A DNA stretch of 64,000 bases from contig MWYY01000062.1 in assembly GCA_002050355.1 (NCBI GenBank), forward strand, positions 73,247 to 137,246, written 5' to 3'. The notes under the pieces are model-generated. The model ran no database searches, was not told the DNA's origin, and was given only the letters and a program-made list of their open reading frames with translations. This document shows positions 18,722-28,357 of this stretch, one piece after another (the first letter of the stretch is position 1; every line of letters begins with the position of its first letter). Origin of the DNA: Acidobacteria bacterium 28-9. GTDB taxonomy: Bacteria > Acidobacteriota > Blastocatellia > Pyrinomonadales > Pyrinomonadaceae. The translations under genes and the position numbers were made by a program.

Positions 18722-20167
18722 CTACGAATTTTGAATTTCCGCTTCCGTTTTCTTCGTTAAATAATAATAAACAGGTAATCCGAGCAAAATCAGAATAATT
18801 CCGGCGAAAGACTGCGTCGGACTTGTCCAAATTGTGTTTATAAGCAGCCAGCCCGCGACAAGCAAAAACAGAATCGGCACAATCGGGTAACCGAACGCTT
18901 TGTAAGGTCTTTCCAAATCCGGGTATTTGCGTCGGAAAACGAAAATCGAAGACGTAACCAGCGCGTAGAAAATCCACGAGCCGAAAATAACGTAATCGGT
19001 CAAAGTGTCGAATGAACCCGAAACACACAAAACGCACGCCCAGATTCCCTGCACAACTAAAGCAATAACCGGAACGCGTGTGCCTTCCGAGAGTTTGCCC
19101 ATCGATTTAAACATTACGCCGTCTTGCGCCATCGCATAAGGCACGCGCGCACCCGTCAAAATCGAAGTATGGAGCGTTCCGACCGAAGATGCCATCAGTC
19201 CGGCGGTCATCAAAACGAGCGCGCCCGCGCCCAAAAATCTGACGGCAACTTCGCGCGCAACCGACGAATCTTTTGAAACCGAAGCAACCTGCGTCGGGTC
19301 AAGCACATAAAAATACGCGACGTTGACGAAAACATAAAGCAAAATTATCAAAATCGTGCCGCCGATGAGCGCGAGCGGAATGTTGCGCTGCGGATTTTTC
19401 ACTTCGCCGGCAATCAAAGTCAGATTGTTCCAGCCATCGTAACCCCACAGCGCGCCGAGCATCGCCGCGCCGAAACCAGCCATAAAAGTCGTTCCCGCAA
19501 CACCATAACGAACCGAATCCGCCACGCCTTCGCAGGCGCCGCCCGTATTTGACTGAGCAAAATGAGCAAAATCGCCGCCGCCGAGAAAAAACGCACCGAA
19601 GCCGACCAGCAGAATCAGGGCGATTTTTATAATCGTAAAATACGTGGCAAGCTGTCCGCTAAATACGACCGACGCGCAGTTTATCGTCGTGATAATAACA
19701 ATCATCATTACGGCGACGATTTGAAGCGATGTCAGTTCGTATTCAAAACCGAAAACGTTTGTTTGAAACAGAGTTTGTTTTAACCCGCCGCCAAGAAAAT
19801 CGTTGAGAAAAATCGCAAACGCGACGGCAACCGACGCTTGCGAGCCGGTCTTTGCAATAAAAATCTGCATCCAGCCGTAAAGAAAACTCGAGACTCGCCC
19901 GTAAGCATCGCGCAGAAAAACATATTCGCCGCCCGCTTCCGGCTTCATCGCCGAAAGTTCTGCATAAGTCAACGCGCCCGCCAGAGACAAAATGCCCGCC
20001 GCAATCCACGCCGCCAAAACCCAGCCCGGCGTGCCGACATTGCACGTCATCACGCGTGCTTTCAGAAAAACGCCCGTACCGACGACATTCCCGATAATTA
20101 TCGAAATCGCCGCTAGAAACCCGAGACCGCGCACCAAAGTTACCTTGTCGATTGAATTAGAAGCCAT
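18722..20167 (-). CDS. APC-family amino acid permease
   Basis: About 12 predicted TM segments, with N-terminal GNVVGTGVF and AELSAM.PEAGGEY blocks typical of the APC superfamily. Confidence 0.85.
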   Translation of the reverse strand: MASNSIDKVTLVRGLGFLAAISIIIGNVVGTGVFLKARVMTCNVGTPGWVLAAWIAAGILSLAGALTYAELSAMKPEAGGEYVFLRDAYGRVSSFLYGWMQIFIAKTGSQASVAVAFAIFLNDFLGGGLKQTLFQTNVFGFEYELTSLQIVAVMMIVIITTINCASVVFSGQLATYFTIIKIALILLVGFGAFFLGGGDFAHFAQSNTGGACEGVADSVRYGVAGTTFMAGFGAAMLGALWGYDGWNNLTLIAGEVKNPQRNIPLALIGGTILIILLYVFVNVAYFYVLDPTQVASVSKDSSVAREVAVRFLGAGALVLMTAGLMASSVGTLHTSILTGARVPYAMAQDGVMFKSMGKLSEGTRVPVIALVVQGIWACVLCVSGSFDTLTDYVIFGSWIFYALVTSSIFVFRRKYPDLERPYKAFGYPIVPILFLLVAGWLLINTIWTSPTQSFAGIILILLGLPVYYYLTKKTEAEIQNS

Positions 20168-20313
20168 AGATTTTAAAATAAATGATTTAACAGCAGATTG
20201 AGACAGATTAACACAGATTTAATGGTAATTGGTGAACGAATCGAACGCTTTTAATTAATCATTTATCATTTACCCTTCACCGTTGATTTCGTGTTAATCT
20301 GTGGATTCAAAAA

Positions 20314-21702
20314 ATGCGTGAAATAAATTTTTCAGCCGATGAGATTGTCAACGCTTTGCTCAAAATTTCCGAGCGAGAAAAAGTTTGTTTTCTTGATAGC
20401 TGCGCGGTTAATTATTTAGATTCGCATCTTTTAATTGCAGGCATAAATCCGCTCGAAACCGTTCAAATCACGAACGAAAACTCGTCTGACACCCTTGAAT
20501 TTTTAGACGAAAAATTGTCGAACAAAAATGCTGCGTGTATTTTCACAATTTCTTATGATTTTGGTTTAAGGCTGGAAAACATCGAACCGCGCCCGAAACC
20601 ATTTCCGAATTTTCCCGAACCCGACGTTTTTCTCGCCGTTTTCGATTGCCTTTTAATTCACGAATATAACGAAAACAAAACTTTTTTGACTGGAAATGAA
20701 AACAAATTCGAAGAATTCGAAACTCTTATCACCACTCATTCAAAAAGTTCCACAAATGCGGCGAACTCTTCAAAACCGATTATCACTTCGAATTTTACAC
20801 GCGAAAATTACCTGGCGACAATCGAAAAAATCAAGGAGTTTATTCGACGTGGCGACACTTATCAAACAAATCTGACGCAGCAGATTCGCGCACAATTGCC
20901 GGCGAATCTGACGGCTCAGGAAATCTTTCGGCATTTGCGGACGAATCATCCCGCGTCCTTTGCGGCTTTTATTCGACGAGACGCGGATTTCGTCGTCAGC
21001 ATCTCGCCCGAAAGATTCTTTAATGTTCAATGTTCAAAGTCGAAAGTTCAAAGTCGTCTGATTTCAATGTCGCCGATAAAAGGAACACGACCGAGAGGAA
21101 AAACAGAACAAGAAGATTTGAATTTAAAAAATGAACTCGTTAAAAGCGTAAAAGACCGCGCTGAAAATGTGATGATTGTGGATTTAATACGCAACGACAT
21201 CGGCAGGATTTGCAAGTTCGGCAGCGTTTCGGTTGAAAAGCTGTGCGATTTGGAAACGCATCCGACACTTTTTCATCTGGTTTCGACCGTCGAAGGCGAA
21301 CTGCGCGAAAATATCAGATTTTCCGACATAATCAAAGCCGTTTTTCCGTGCGGCTCAATCACGGGCGCGCCAAAGATTCGCACGATGCGGATAATTGAAG
21401 AACTCGAAACAGTACCGCGCGGTCTTTCAATGGGCGCAATCGGATATTCAATTCCAAATTCCAGATTTCAGATTCCAAACTCTAAATTTAAGATTCCAGA
21501 TGCGGAAACTCTTAGCTCTCAACTTTCAACTCTCCAGTATTTTGATTTAAGCGTGGCGATTCGGACAATGGTCGTGCGCGGGCGCGAAGCGATTTTTAAT
21601 GTCGGCGGCGGCATTGTAATTGACAGCGACGCTGGAGACGAATATGACGAAACCTTAACAAAAGCATGCGCCTTGCTCACCGCGCTCGGAGCGGAGGATT
21701 AA
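20314..21702 (+). CDS. pabB: Aminodeoxychorismate synthase component I / anthranilate synthase component I family
   Basis: GDTYQTNLT, SPERFF, PIKGTRPRG, VFPCGSITGAPK, GAIGY and DLSVAIRT blocks are present. It carries two in-frame repeat-derived insertions (see findings). Confidence 0.8.
   Translation: MREINFSADEIVNALLKISEREKVCFLDSCAVNYLDSHLLIAGINPLETVQITNENSSDTLEFLDEKLSNKNAACIFTISYDFGLRLENIEPRPKPFPNFPEPDVFLAVFDCLLIHEYNENKTFLTGNENKFEEFETLITTHSKSSTNAANSSKPIITSNFTRENYLATIEKIKEFIRRGDTYQTNLTQQIRAQLPANLTAQEIFRHLRTNHPASFAAFIRRDADFVVSISPERFFNVQCSKSKVQSRLISMSPIKGTRPRGKTEQEDLNLKNELVKSVKDRAENVMIVDLIRNDIGRICKFGSVSVEKLCDLETHPTLFHLVSTVEGELRENIRFSDIIKAVFPCGSITGAPKIRTMRIIEELETVPRGLSMGAIGYSIPNSRFQIPNSKFKIPDAETLSSQLSTLQYFDLSVAIRTMVVRGREAIFNVGGGIVIDSDAGDEYDETLTKACALLTALGAED
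21024..21058 (+). repeat. Degenerate heptanucleotide tandem repeat inside pabB
   Basis: TGTTCAA TGTTCAA AGTCGAA AGTTCAA AGTCGTC, translated as VQCSKSKVQSR. Confidence 0.7.
21445..21500 (+). repeat. Degenerate heptanucleotide tandem repeat (8 units) inside pabB
   Basis: TATTCAA TTCCAAA TTCCAGA TTTCAGA TTCCAAA CTCTAAA TTTAAGA TTCCAGA, translated with a 7-aa period as IPNSRFQ IPNSKFK IPD. Confidence 0.8.
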
Positions 21703-21723
21703 CTGAAAATCAAATTGTTTAAA

Positions 21724-22266
21724 CTACTGCTCGTCTTCTCTCAATAATTTCGTTGTGCCTTCGGTAACGCTCGGCTGTACTAAATCCTTTGTGTTGCGCC
21801 AGTTTTGATGAACCGTCGGAACGTATGTCGAAACCGGAATTGATTGCTGCGGCGGCAAGGCGGTTTGATTTTTTTGATTTAGGTTTCTGATATTGTTTGC
21901 AGGGATGTTTTGATTTTGAAAATCTGAAACGGGCGTTTCTTTTTTCAGTAAGGTAAAAGACGCAACAAGCAGAAGCAAGCTGCCCATCGTTCCCAAAATA
22001 GCCGCAGCCAACGCCAGCGAATCGGCACGCACCACACCGCCGAAAATCGGCGTCAGAATCAAAACGAAAAGCATAAACCAAAAGAGCGAGAAAATTAAAC
22101 CGTTGCGGCGTGTGAAAACGCTTTTCTTTTTATCAAATTCAGTAACTTGAGGCAGAAAACCGTCATGCGCGACGATTTCTGCAACAAGTGCGAGCGAAAA
22201 ACCGCACCGCGAACAAAATTTTGTTTCTTCCGAAATCTGCTGTTGACTGCAATTTGGACAATACAT
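21724..22266 (-). CDS. Zinc-ribbon domain membrane protein
   Basis: N-terminal MYCPNCSQ...CSRCG zinc ribbon followed by 2-3 TM helices. No defined family. Confidence 0.55.
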   Translation of the reverse strand: MYCPNCSQQQISEETKFCSRCGFSLALVAEIVAHDGFLPQVTEFDKKKSVFTRRNGLIFSLFWFMLFVLILTPIFGGVVRADSLALAAAILGTMGSLLLLVASFTLLKKETPVSDFQNQNIPANNIRNLNQKNQTALPPQQSIPVSTYVPTVHQNWRNTKDLVQPSVTEGTTKLLREDEQ

Positions 22267-22407
22267 TTTTTCCTCCCAATCGTTTAAATAATGCTGCCGC
22301 CGCTGTTGTCGGTTTGTCTTAGTGAGCGTGAATGTTAATTAGAAATTTTTAAGACTCTAGTTGCTAACGAATTTTGCAGACGAATTGTTCAAAGTTCAAG
22401 AATTGAT

Positions 22408-22887
22408 CTAAAGGCGCGAAATTTTCTCGCCGGAAAACATTTGAAGAATCGCAGCGGCGCGACCTTGAAAGTGTTCGGCAAGCGCGAGCGTTTCTAGCAA
22501 AATCTCGAAAATTGTTTGCAGCTTTTCAGGCGCGGGAATTTCGCGGTGCAAATCTTCGTTAGACGCGAAAAAAGCGAAACCTTTCGCCCGCGTTTCTTCG
22601 ACCTCCGCGAGATATTCTAAAACTTTTTCATTTGTCGAAAGTTCTTCCGGCAAAGTCCATTCAAAAGGGTCATCCCACAGTTTTGTCGTTATGCCACCGA
22701 AAGTCTGCTCAATTTTTCCTGCGCTTCGCAAGACATATTCGCCGCAGGAAAACGCCGCAAAAGATTGCTTCAACGCGCGCGACGGCTGCCAATAGAGTTT
22801 TTCGGGCGGAATCTTTACGACGAGCGCGCACGAGCGTGTGTGAAGACGAGAAAATTGTCGGTCGAAAGAATCTATAAGCGATTTCAT
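22408..22887 (-). CDS. Hypothetical protein, possibly DinB-like helical bundle
   Basis: Weak resemblance only (LW..P......, AEHFQGRAA near the C-terminus). Confidence 0.4.
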   Translation of the reverse strand: MKSLIDSFDRQFSRLHTRSCALVVKIPPEKLYWQPSRALKQSFAAFSCGEYVLRSAGKIEQTFGGITTKLWDDPFEWTLPEELSTNEKVLEYLAEVEETRAKGFAFFASNEDLHREIPAPEKLQTIFEILLETLALAEHFQGRAAAILQMFSGEKISRL

Positions 22888-22953
22888 ACGAAAAAACGAG
22901 CGAGAAAGGATTTTAACCTATTTCGCCCGTCGAATGTCATTTTTTAAAATTAT

Positions 22954-23325
22954 TTATCTGCCGTTGAATCTGCGGTCTTGTTCCTGCATTCCGAGTCCGT
23001 AATTTTTGCCGTGATAATTCAAACCGCTCTGAATTCTTCCTTTCACGCCGATTTGCACGCCTTTTGTCGGAACAGCGTTTTGCGTCGCAATCCACATCGA
23101 ACCGGTTCCGTCGTCAATTTTATAAACGCCGCCGCGAATCTGTGTGAACGGAACGTTGACGCCGTAACTGTCTGTGACCGTGCCGGCAACCGCAACTTCT
23201 TTGTTGAAATATTTTGACGGATTCGCTTCGATGTCGGCAATTCGCACGCGCTGCGGACACGCCGCGCCAAAAAGTCCGATTGTCAAAATCAAACCGAGCC
23301 AAAACGTTTTTGTTATTTTTTTCAT
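22954..23325 (-). CDS. Small lipoprotein, hypothetical
   Basis: Lipobox-like LFGAAC follows the signal peptide. 123 aa. Confidence 0.5.
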   Translation of the reverse strand: MKKITKTFWLGLILTIGLFGAACPQRVRIADIEANPSKYFNKEVAVAGTVTDSYGVNVPFTQIRGGVYKIDDGTGSMWIATQNAVPTKGVQIGVKGRIQSGLNYHGKNYGLGMQEQDRRFNGR

Positions 23326-23504
23326 TTTTCTCCTTTTATTTTCTCGAAAAACTCGGGAGAGCCGGTTGAGTATTTATAGAGATTAAAATTTCGCCGGAAA
23401 AGTTTGCCGCCGGATTTCAGTTTTTTCCTCCAAAAGGTTTGTCTCGCACCGGCGGCTTTGCTATATTTCAATAATAATTCAAAATTTCAGGAGATTTAAT
23501 TAAA

Positions 23505-24443
23505 ATGAAAAATTTTGCTCGCACCGTCGGTTTTTTGTTTTTGACAATAGTTTTAACCGTTTCAGTTATTGCTCAGGACAAAGAAACCAAAGACCAAACC
23601 TTTAATAAAATTGCCAAATTAACGCAGACGAAAAAATTGGAAGACGCCAATAAAGCGTATCAAATGAGCAAAGATTATCTGGCTAAATACGGCAAGGACG
23701 ATGATGATAAAACGAAGAAAATCAAGGCTTTTGCCGAGTTTTATCGGAACAGCGCTTTTAATAAAAAGCTGGATGAAACGAAAACCGCCGAAGCGATGGC
23801 TATTGGCAAAGAGATTTTAGCGCAGGAGCCGGAAAACACTTACGTTTCGATGAATCTGGCTTATGCCGGTTTCGATGCGTTGCAAAAAAATAAAAACAAA
23901 TCTTTCGCCGCCGATTCCATCGTGTATGCGAAACAAACCTTGACCCTTATAGAAGCCGGCAAACCTCCGAAAGCCTTTCAGCCTTTCACAGATCAAACCG
24001 AAGCGACTGCTTTTATGTATTACATTATAGGCAATTTTTCGCTCGATTCGGATATGAAAGAAGCCGCGCGAAATTTTTATAAATCGGTTCAATACGATTC
24101 CAAAATCAAAACCGATGCGTTCCCGTATTATGTAATTGCCACTTATTATGAGAAAGAATACGCAAAAGCGGCAACTGATTTTCAAGCCAAATACGCCGCA
24201 AAAACGACCCAAGACGCTGAAATGAAAACCGCAAAGGATAAGCTCGATAAATTAGTCGGCAATATGCTCGATGCTTACGCGCGCGCAATCAAATTCGGCG
24301 AAGCGCAAAAAAATCCTAGTTTGGCGACGTGGAAACAGCGTTTTACGGACATTTACAAATTCTCGAAGAAGAGTGATGCCGGAATGAACGAATATCTCGC
24401 CAGTCAGCCAAACGCCGCGCTGCCCGACCCGAGCGCGCTTTAG
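23505..24443 (+). CDS. Secreted hypothetical protein, helical/TPR-like
   Basis: Signal peptide is present. The body is Lys/Ala/Asp-rich and helical-looking. No family recognised. Confidence 0.5.
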   Translation: MKNFARTVGFLFLTIVLTVSVIAQDKETKDQTFNKIAKLTQTKKLEDANKAYQMSKDYLAKYGKDDDDKTKKIKAFAEFYRNSAFNKKLDETKTAEAMAIGKEILAQEPENTYVSMNLAYAGFDALQKNKNKSFAADSIVYAKQTLTLIEAGKPPKAFQPFTDQTEATAFMYYIIGNFSLDSDMKEAARNFYKSVQYDSKIKTDAFPYYVIATYYEKEYAKAATDFQAKYAAKTTQDAEMKTAKDKLDKLVGNMLDAYARAIKFGEAQKNPSLATWKQRFTDIYKFSKKSDAGMNEYLASQPNAALPDPSAL

Positions 24444-24533
24444 TTGTCGGCAAAAACTTTGACTTTCAGCCTAAGAGAAGTTAGCTTTTCTTAGGCTTTT
24501 GTTTTTTAATTTTTTCACAACAAACCTATCCAA

Positions 24534-25646
24534 ATGAATGCAGCCGGAAATGTTCGAACCGAAAAATTTTCTTTTACTTCCAGCATAGCGGCAGATGTCT
24601 GGCACCCGAAGCCGAACCGGGAAGCGTATGAATGGTGGTATTTCGATGCTTTGAGCGAAGACGGACGCGACGCGGTCGTGATAATTTTTCTCGACAATTT
24701 TGTCTTCTCGCCGCGTTATAACAAACTGTTTAAGAGTTCAAGGTTCAGGCAATCCGAAATCTCAGATCCCGCATCTCAAATCAAAAATTTCCCAGCTCTC
24801 GCATTTACTTATTACCGGGACGGAAAACCGAAATACCGGGCGATAAATGAGTTTTCAAACGACGAATTTTCGGCAGATGCGGAAAAACCGTCGTGCCGTA
24901 TGGGAGAAAATTTCTTTCGATTTAAACGCGCGCCTTACGGTTCGGGTTACGATGTTTCAATCGATACGAAACTCCGCAGAAACTTTCGTCTGCAAGCGAG
25001 TTTCGAATGGCTTTCGATTGAAAGCGATTTTTTGCCCGACAGAGATATCTCCACAAGCGACGCGCACAGTTGGAATTTGGCGGTTTCGCGCGCCGACGTT
25101 ACAGGCAGAATTAGTGTTGAAAACGAAAAAGGAAAAAATACCGACGTTGTTCATTTTCGCGGAACGGGTTATCACGACCATAATTTCGACAATCGCTGGC
25201 TGCCGCAAACCGTTTCCGACTGGCAATGGGGACGCGCGCATTTTACTGATTCAACTGCGGTTTTTTATCGTTACAAAGAGACAGACGAGGAAAAACCGAC
25301 GACAAAAATTTTTATCGTTCAGGACGAAGTTTTAAGCGAAATGGATGCGAGCTACGAAGAGCAAAATTTTGCGCGCGATATTTTTGGTATTAGGTATCCG
25401 AAGCAGCTAAGTTTTGCATCGGAAGGCAATGTGCGGTTGCACGTTAAGCCGACGAAAATTATTGACGCGAGTTTTTTTTATCTAAGATTTTTGAGTGAAA
25501 TGACTTTAACCTTAAGCGATGGCAGAGAACGAAAAACCGTCGGAATCACCGAATACCTCGCACCAAAAGCGTTGAAATATCGCTGGCTAGATTGGTTGGT
25601 GAATATGCGCATCGGGCGCGGCGGGAAAGGTTCATTTTTGCCTTAA
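24534..25646 (+). CDS. Carotenoid 1,2-hydratase (CrtC)-like / AttH lipocalin-like domain protein
   Basis: The N-terminal EWWYFDALSEDGRDAVVIIF block matches my memory of the CrtC signature WWY[VF]DA[LI]SDDG. The rest is not diagnostic. Confidence 0.5.
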   Translation: MNAAGNVRTEKFSFTSSIAADVWHPKPNREAYEWWYFDALSEDGRDAVVIIFLDNFVFSPRYNKLFKSSRFRQSEISDPASQIKNFPALAFTYYRDGKPKYRAINEFSNDEFSADAEKPSCRMGENFFRFKRAPYGSGYDVSIDTKLRRNFRLQASFEWLSIESDFLPDRDISTSDAHSWNLAVSRADVTGRISVENEKGKNTDVVHFRGTGYHDHNFDNRWLPQTVSDWQWGRAHFTDSTAVFYRYKETDEEKPTTKIFIVQDEVLSEMDASYEEQNFARDIFGIRYPKQLSFASEGNVRLHVKPTKIIDASFFYLRFLSEMTLTLSDGRERKTVGITEYLAPKALKYRWLDWLVNMRIGRGGKGSFLP

Positions 25647-25717
25647 GGCAAAAAACAATTACGAATTTCAAATTACAACGGATACCGGGAAATTTTCTTC
25701 AATTAGTAATTATAAAC

Positions 25718-26038
25718 TTACTTATTAGTGAGTTTGACCGCTGTTCCGTAAGCTAAAACTTCGGTCGCGCCTTGCGAAAATTCCGTCGCGTCGTAGCGCA
25801 TTCCGATAATGGCGTCAGCACCGATTTCCTGCGCGTGTTGAATCATTCGAGCAAATGCTTCCTGGCGTCCGGCTTCGCAGACACGCGTAAATTCTTCGAT
25901 ATTTCCGCCGCCGAGAGATTTGAAGCCGCCAATTAATCCGGCGCCGATGCCTGTCGCTCGCACGACGATGCCGCGCACGACACCCAAATACTCGACGATT
26001 TTTCCCATTTCAACCTCATTTCCGGTTGTAACAATCAT
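25718..26038 (-). CDS. YbjQ (UPF0145) family protein
   Basis: 106 aa with the characteristic VTT...G..I.EYLG.V.G..V and AIIG.RYD blocks. Confidence 0.8.
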   Translation of the reverse strand: MIVTTGNEVEMGKIVEYLGVVRGIVVRATGIGAGLIGGFKSLGGGNIEEFTRVCEAGRQEAFARMIQHAQEIGADAIIGMRYDATEFSQGATEVLAYGTAVKLTNK

Positions 26039-26054
26039 AATTTTCTCTCTTTAT

Positions 26055-27287
26055 TTAATCCTCGATAAGATGAACCAGCAAGCCGTCGCGCAGTTTCGGC
26101 TCGAACCAGGTTGATTTCGGCGGCATAATTTCGTTTATGTCAGAGACGGCAAAAAGCTCTTCCATCGTCGTCGGAAACATCGAAAACGCAACTTTTGCTG
26201 TGCCTTCGTCGACGAATTTTTCTAGTTCCGAAGTTCCGCGTTTTCCGCCGACAAAGCCGACGCGCTTGTTTGTCCGCGCGTCGTCGATTCCCAAAATCGG
26301 CGCGAGTAAATAATGCTGCAAGATGCTCGCATCGAGTTTTTCAATTACGCTTGGTTCTTGTATAAAATTTATAGTAAAGCCGAGTTTATACCATTTTCCG
26401 CCGATATACATACAAAACTCACCGTGATTTTGCGGCTCTTTCTCGCTCGATTCGCTGATGACGAAATTCCCGCGCAATTTCTCGAAAAATTCGGCTTCGG
26501 TTAAGCCGTTTAAATCTTTGACGACGCGATTGTAAGCCAGAATCCGCAAATCTTCGGACGGGAACATTCCGGCGACGACGAAATTATAATCTTCCGCGCC
26601 GGTATGATTGGAATTTTGCTCGCGCAGGATTTTCCGCGTCAGCAGTGCGCTTTCAATTCGGTGATGTCCGTCGGCGATGTAAAGCGCGGGAACTTCCGAG
26701 AAAGCCGAAACAAAATTATCGGTCAAGGTTACGCACCAGACGGTTTGTTTTATGCTGTCGGCACATTGAAACTCATAAATCGGTTTGCCCTGCGTCGCTT
26801 CGGAAATCAAGGTTTTTATCCGTTCCGTGTTGCGAAAGGCGAGAAATATAAGTCCCGTCTGCGCTTTTAACGCAAGCATATGTCCGGTTCGGTCTTCTAC
26901 TTTATCGGGACGAATTTTTTCGTGTTTTTTTATCGTGCCGAGTTTGTATTCGTCCAGCGAGCAACAGGCGACGACTCCGGTTTGCCGGTGCGCGTCGGTT
27001 GAAAGACGATAAACGTAAACGCACGGGTCGGCGTCGCGGACAAACAATTTTTCCTCAATAAACTTTTCCAGATTTTGCCGCGCGCGCTGAAAAACTTCTT
27101 CACACGAAATGTCTTCACCTTCGGGAAATTCCGCTTCAGAGCGCGTAACTCTCAAAAAACTAATCGGGTTTTCCTTGATAAATTCACGCACTTCCCGTTC
27201 ATAAACGACATCGTAAGGCACACAGGAAATTTGCTTTGCTCGTTCGAAAACGGGTCGCAAAGCGCGGAACGGTTTGATTACTGCCAC
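26055..27287 (-). CDS. DUF1015 family protein
   Basis: N-terminal MAVIKPFRALRP, internal ADGHHR motif. ~410 aa. Confidence 0.8.
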   Translation of the reverse strand: MAVIKPFRALRPVFERAKQISCVPYDVVYEREVREFIKENPISFLRVTRSEAEFPEGEDISCEEVFQRARQNLEKFIEEKLFVRDADPCVYVYRLSTDAHRQTGVVACCSLDEYKLGTIKKHEKIRPDKVEDRTGHMLALKAQTGLIFLAFRNTERIKTLISEATQGKPIYEFQCADSIKQTVWCVTLTDNFVSAFSEVPALYIADGHHRIESALLTRKILREQNSNHTGAEDYNFVVAGMFPSEDLRILAYNRVVKDLNGLTEAEFFEKLRGNFVISESSEKEPQNHGEFCMYIGGKWYKLGFTINFIQEPSVIEKLDASILQHYLLAPILGIDDARTNKRVGFVGGKRGTSELEKFVDEGTAKVAFSMFPTTMEELFAVSDINEIMPPKSTWFEPKLRDGLLVHLIED

Positions 27288-27371
27288 AAATTTCTCCTCT
27301 GAAATTTATAATTTATTCCAGATTTAATTAAAAGTTTTTTATCTTAAATGCTAATCCAAAATATAAAATTG

Positions 27372-27833
27372 CTAAGGTTGTTTGCCGTTTATTATTTCGT
27401 CAAGCTGTTTGCTGCCTTCTTCATTCTGCTGAAGCATCTGATTGGCAATGGTTTGTTTGTCAATTTTCCAAACACCTTCTTCACGGACGAAAGGCAATGT
27501 ATCCCAACTTCCGAAAGAATTTTTTACTTCGATTGTTGCCTTATCGCCTTCAACCTTTTCGTTGCGAAATTTAAGCTCGGTTTGGCTTTCGTTGAAAAAA
27601 GTTTCGTTTTTCACCACATCGTCAAGCGTTCGATTCTGCGCGCGGGCTTCCTGTTCAGCCATTTTTAACGAAGCGTCGGAGAGCAGCAATTTCATCGCCG
27701 TCGTATCTTTTTTCTTGATAGCTTGAGTGTAAGCCTTGAGAGTTTCGAGCGGCGTCGAGAGTTTCCGATTTTCGCCGCAGGCAAACAAAACGCCGGTCAG
27801 CAGTAAAATTATGAACTTAGAATAAAAACGCAT
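27372..27833 (-). CDS. Lipoprotein, hypothetical (DUF4878-like size and shape)
   Basis: Lipobox LFACG follows the signal peptide. 153 aa. Confidence 0.5.
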   Translation of the reverse strand: MRFYSKFIILLLTGVLFACGENRKLSTPLETLKAYTQAIKKKDTTAMKLLLSDASLKMAEQEARAQNRTLDDVVKNETFFNESQTELKFRNEKVEGDKATIEVKNSFGSWDTLPFVREEGVWKIDKQTIANQMLQQNEEGSKQLDEIINGKQP

Positions 27834-27909
27834 TTTTGAATAATCAAGAGCAAAATCGTTATACTAAAAAGCAAAGTATAACCTAAAACGAAGGGAAGCG
27901 AAAAAACCG

Positions 27910-28221
27910 ATGGAACGAAAAAAACTGTCCGACGAGGAAATTGAAAATTCTCTTGCCGATTTGAACGATTGGGAAGCGGAAAACGGAAACTTAAAAAAGC
28001 ACTTCGAATTTAAGAACTTTGCCGAAAGCCTGGCTTTTATCAACCGCGTCGGCGCGATTGCCGAAAAACTCGACCATCACCCGGACATTTTATTCGGATG
28101 GGACTACGCGGAATTTTTTATCACGACACACGACGCAGGTGGTATTACAGCGCAGGATTTTGCGCTGGCAAAAGAAATAAATAATTTAATGGAAAACGGA
28201 AAATGGAAAATGGAAAATTAA
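27910..28221 (+). CDS. phhB: 4a-hydroxytetrahydrobiopterin dehydratase (pterin-4-alpha-carbinolamine dehydratase)
   Basis: HHPD motif (LDHHPDILFGW) and ...THDAGGIT. The last ~9 codons are encoded by a hairpin arm. Confidence 0.85.
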   Translation: MERKKLSDEEIENSLADLNDWEAENGNLKKHFEFKNFAESLAFINRVGAIAEKLDHHPDILFGWDYAEFFITTHDAGGITAQDFALAKEINNLMENGKWKMEN

Positions 28222-28253
28222 AGCAAAAGTATTATCCATTTTCCATTTTCCGT
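28196..28253 (+). terminator. 19-bp perfect-stem hairpin straddling the stop codon of the PCD gene
   Basis: acggaaaatggaaaatgga (28196-28214) pairs with tccattttccattttccgt (28235-28253). The 20-nt loop contains the TAA stop (28219-28221). Confidence 0.6.
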
Positions 28254-28357
28254 TATCCGTTATCTTCCCGTCTTTGTGTTCTCACCGCTTTTTGCTTATA
28301 TTTCTTTTTTAGTTTTTATACTGAACAATTTAACAAAAGAGGTTTTTATATAAATTT

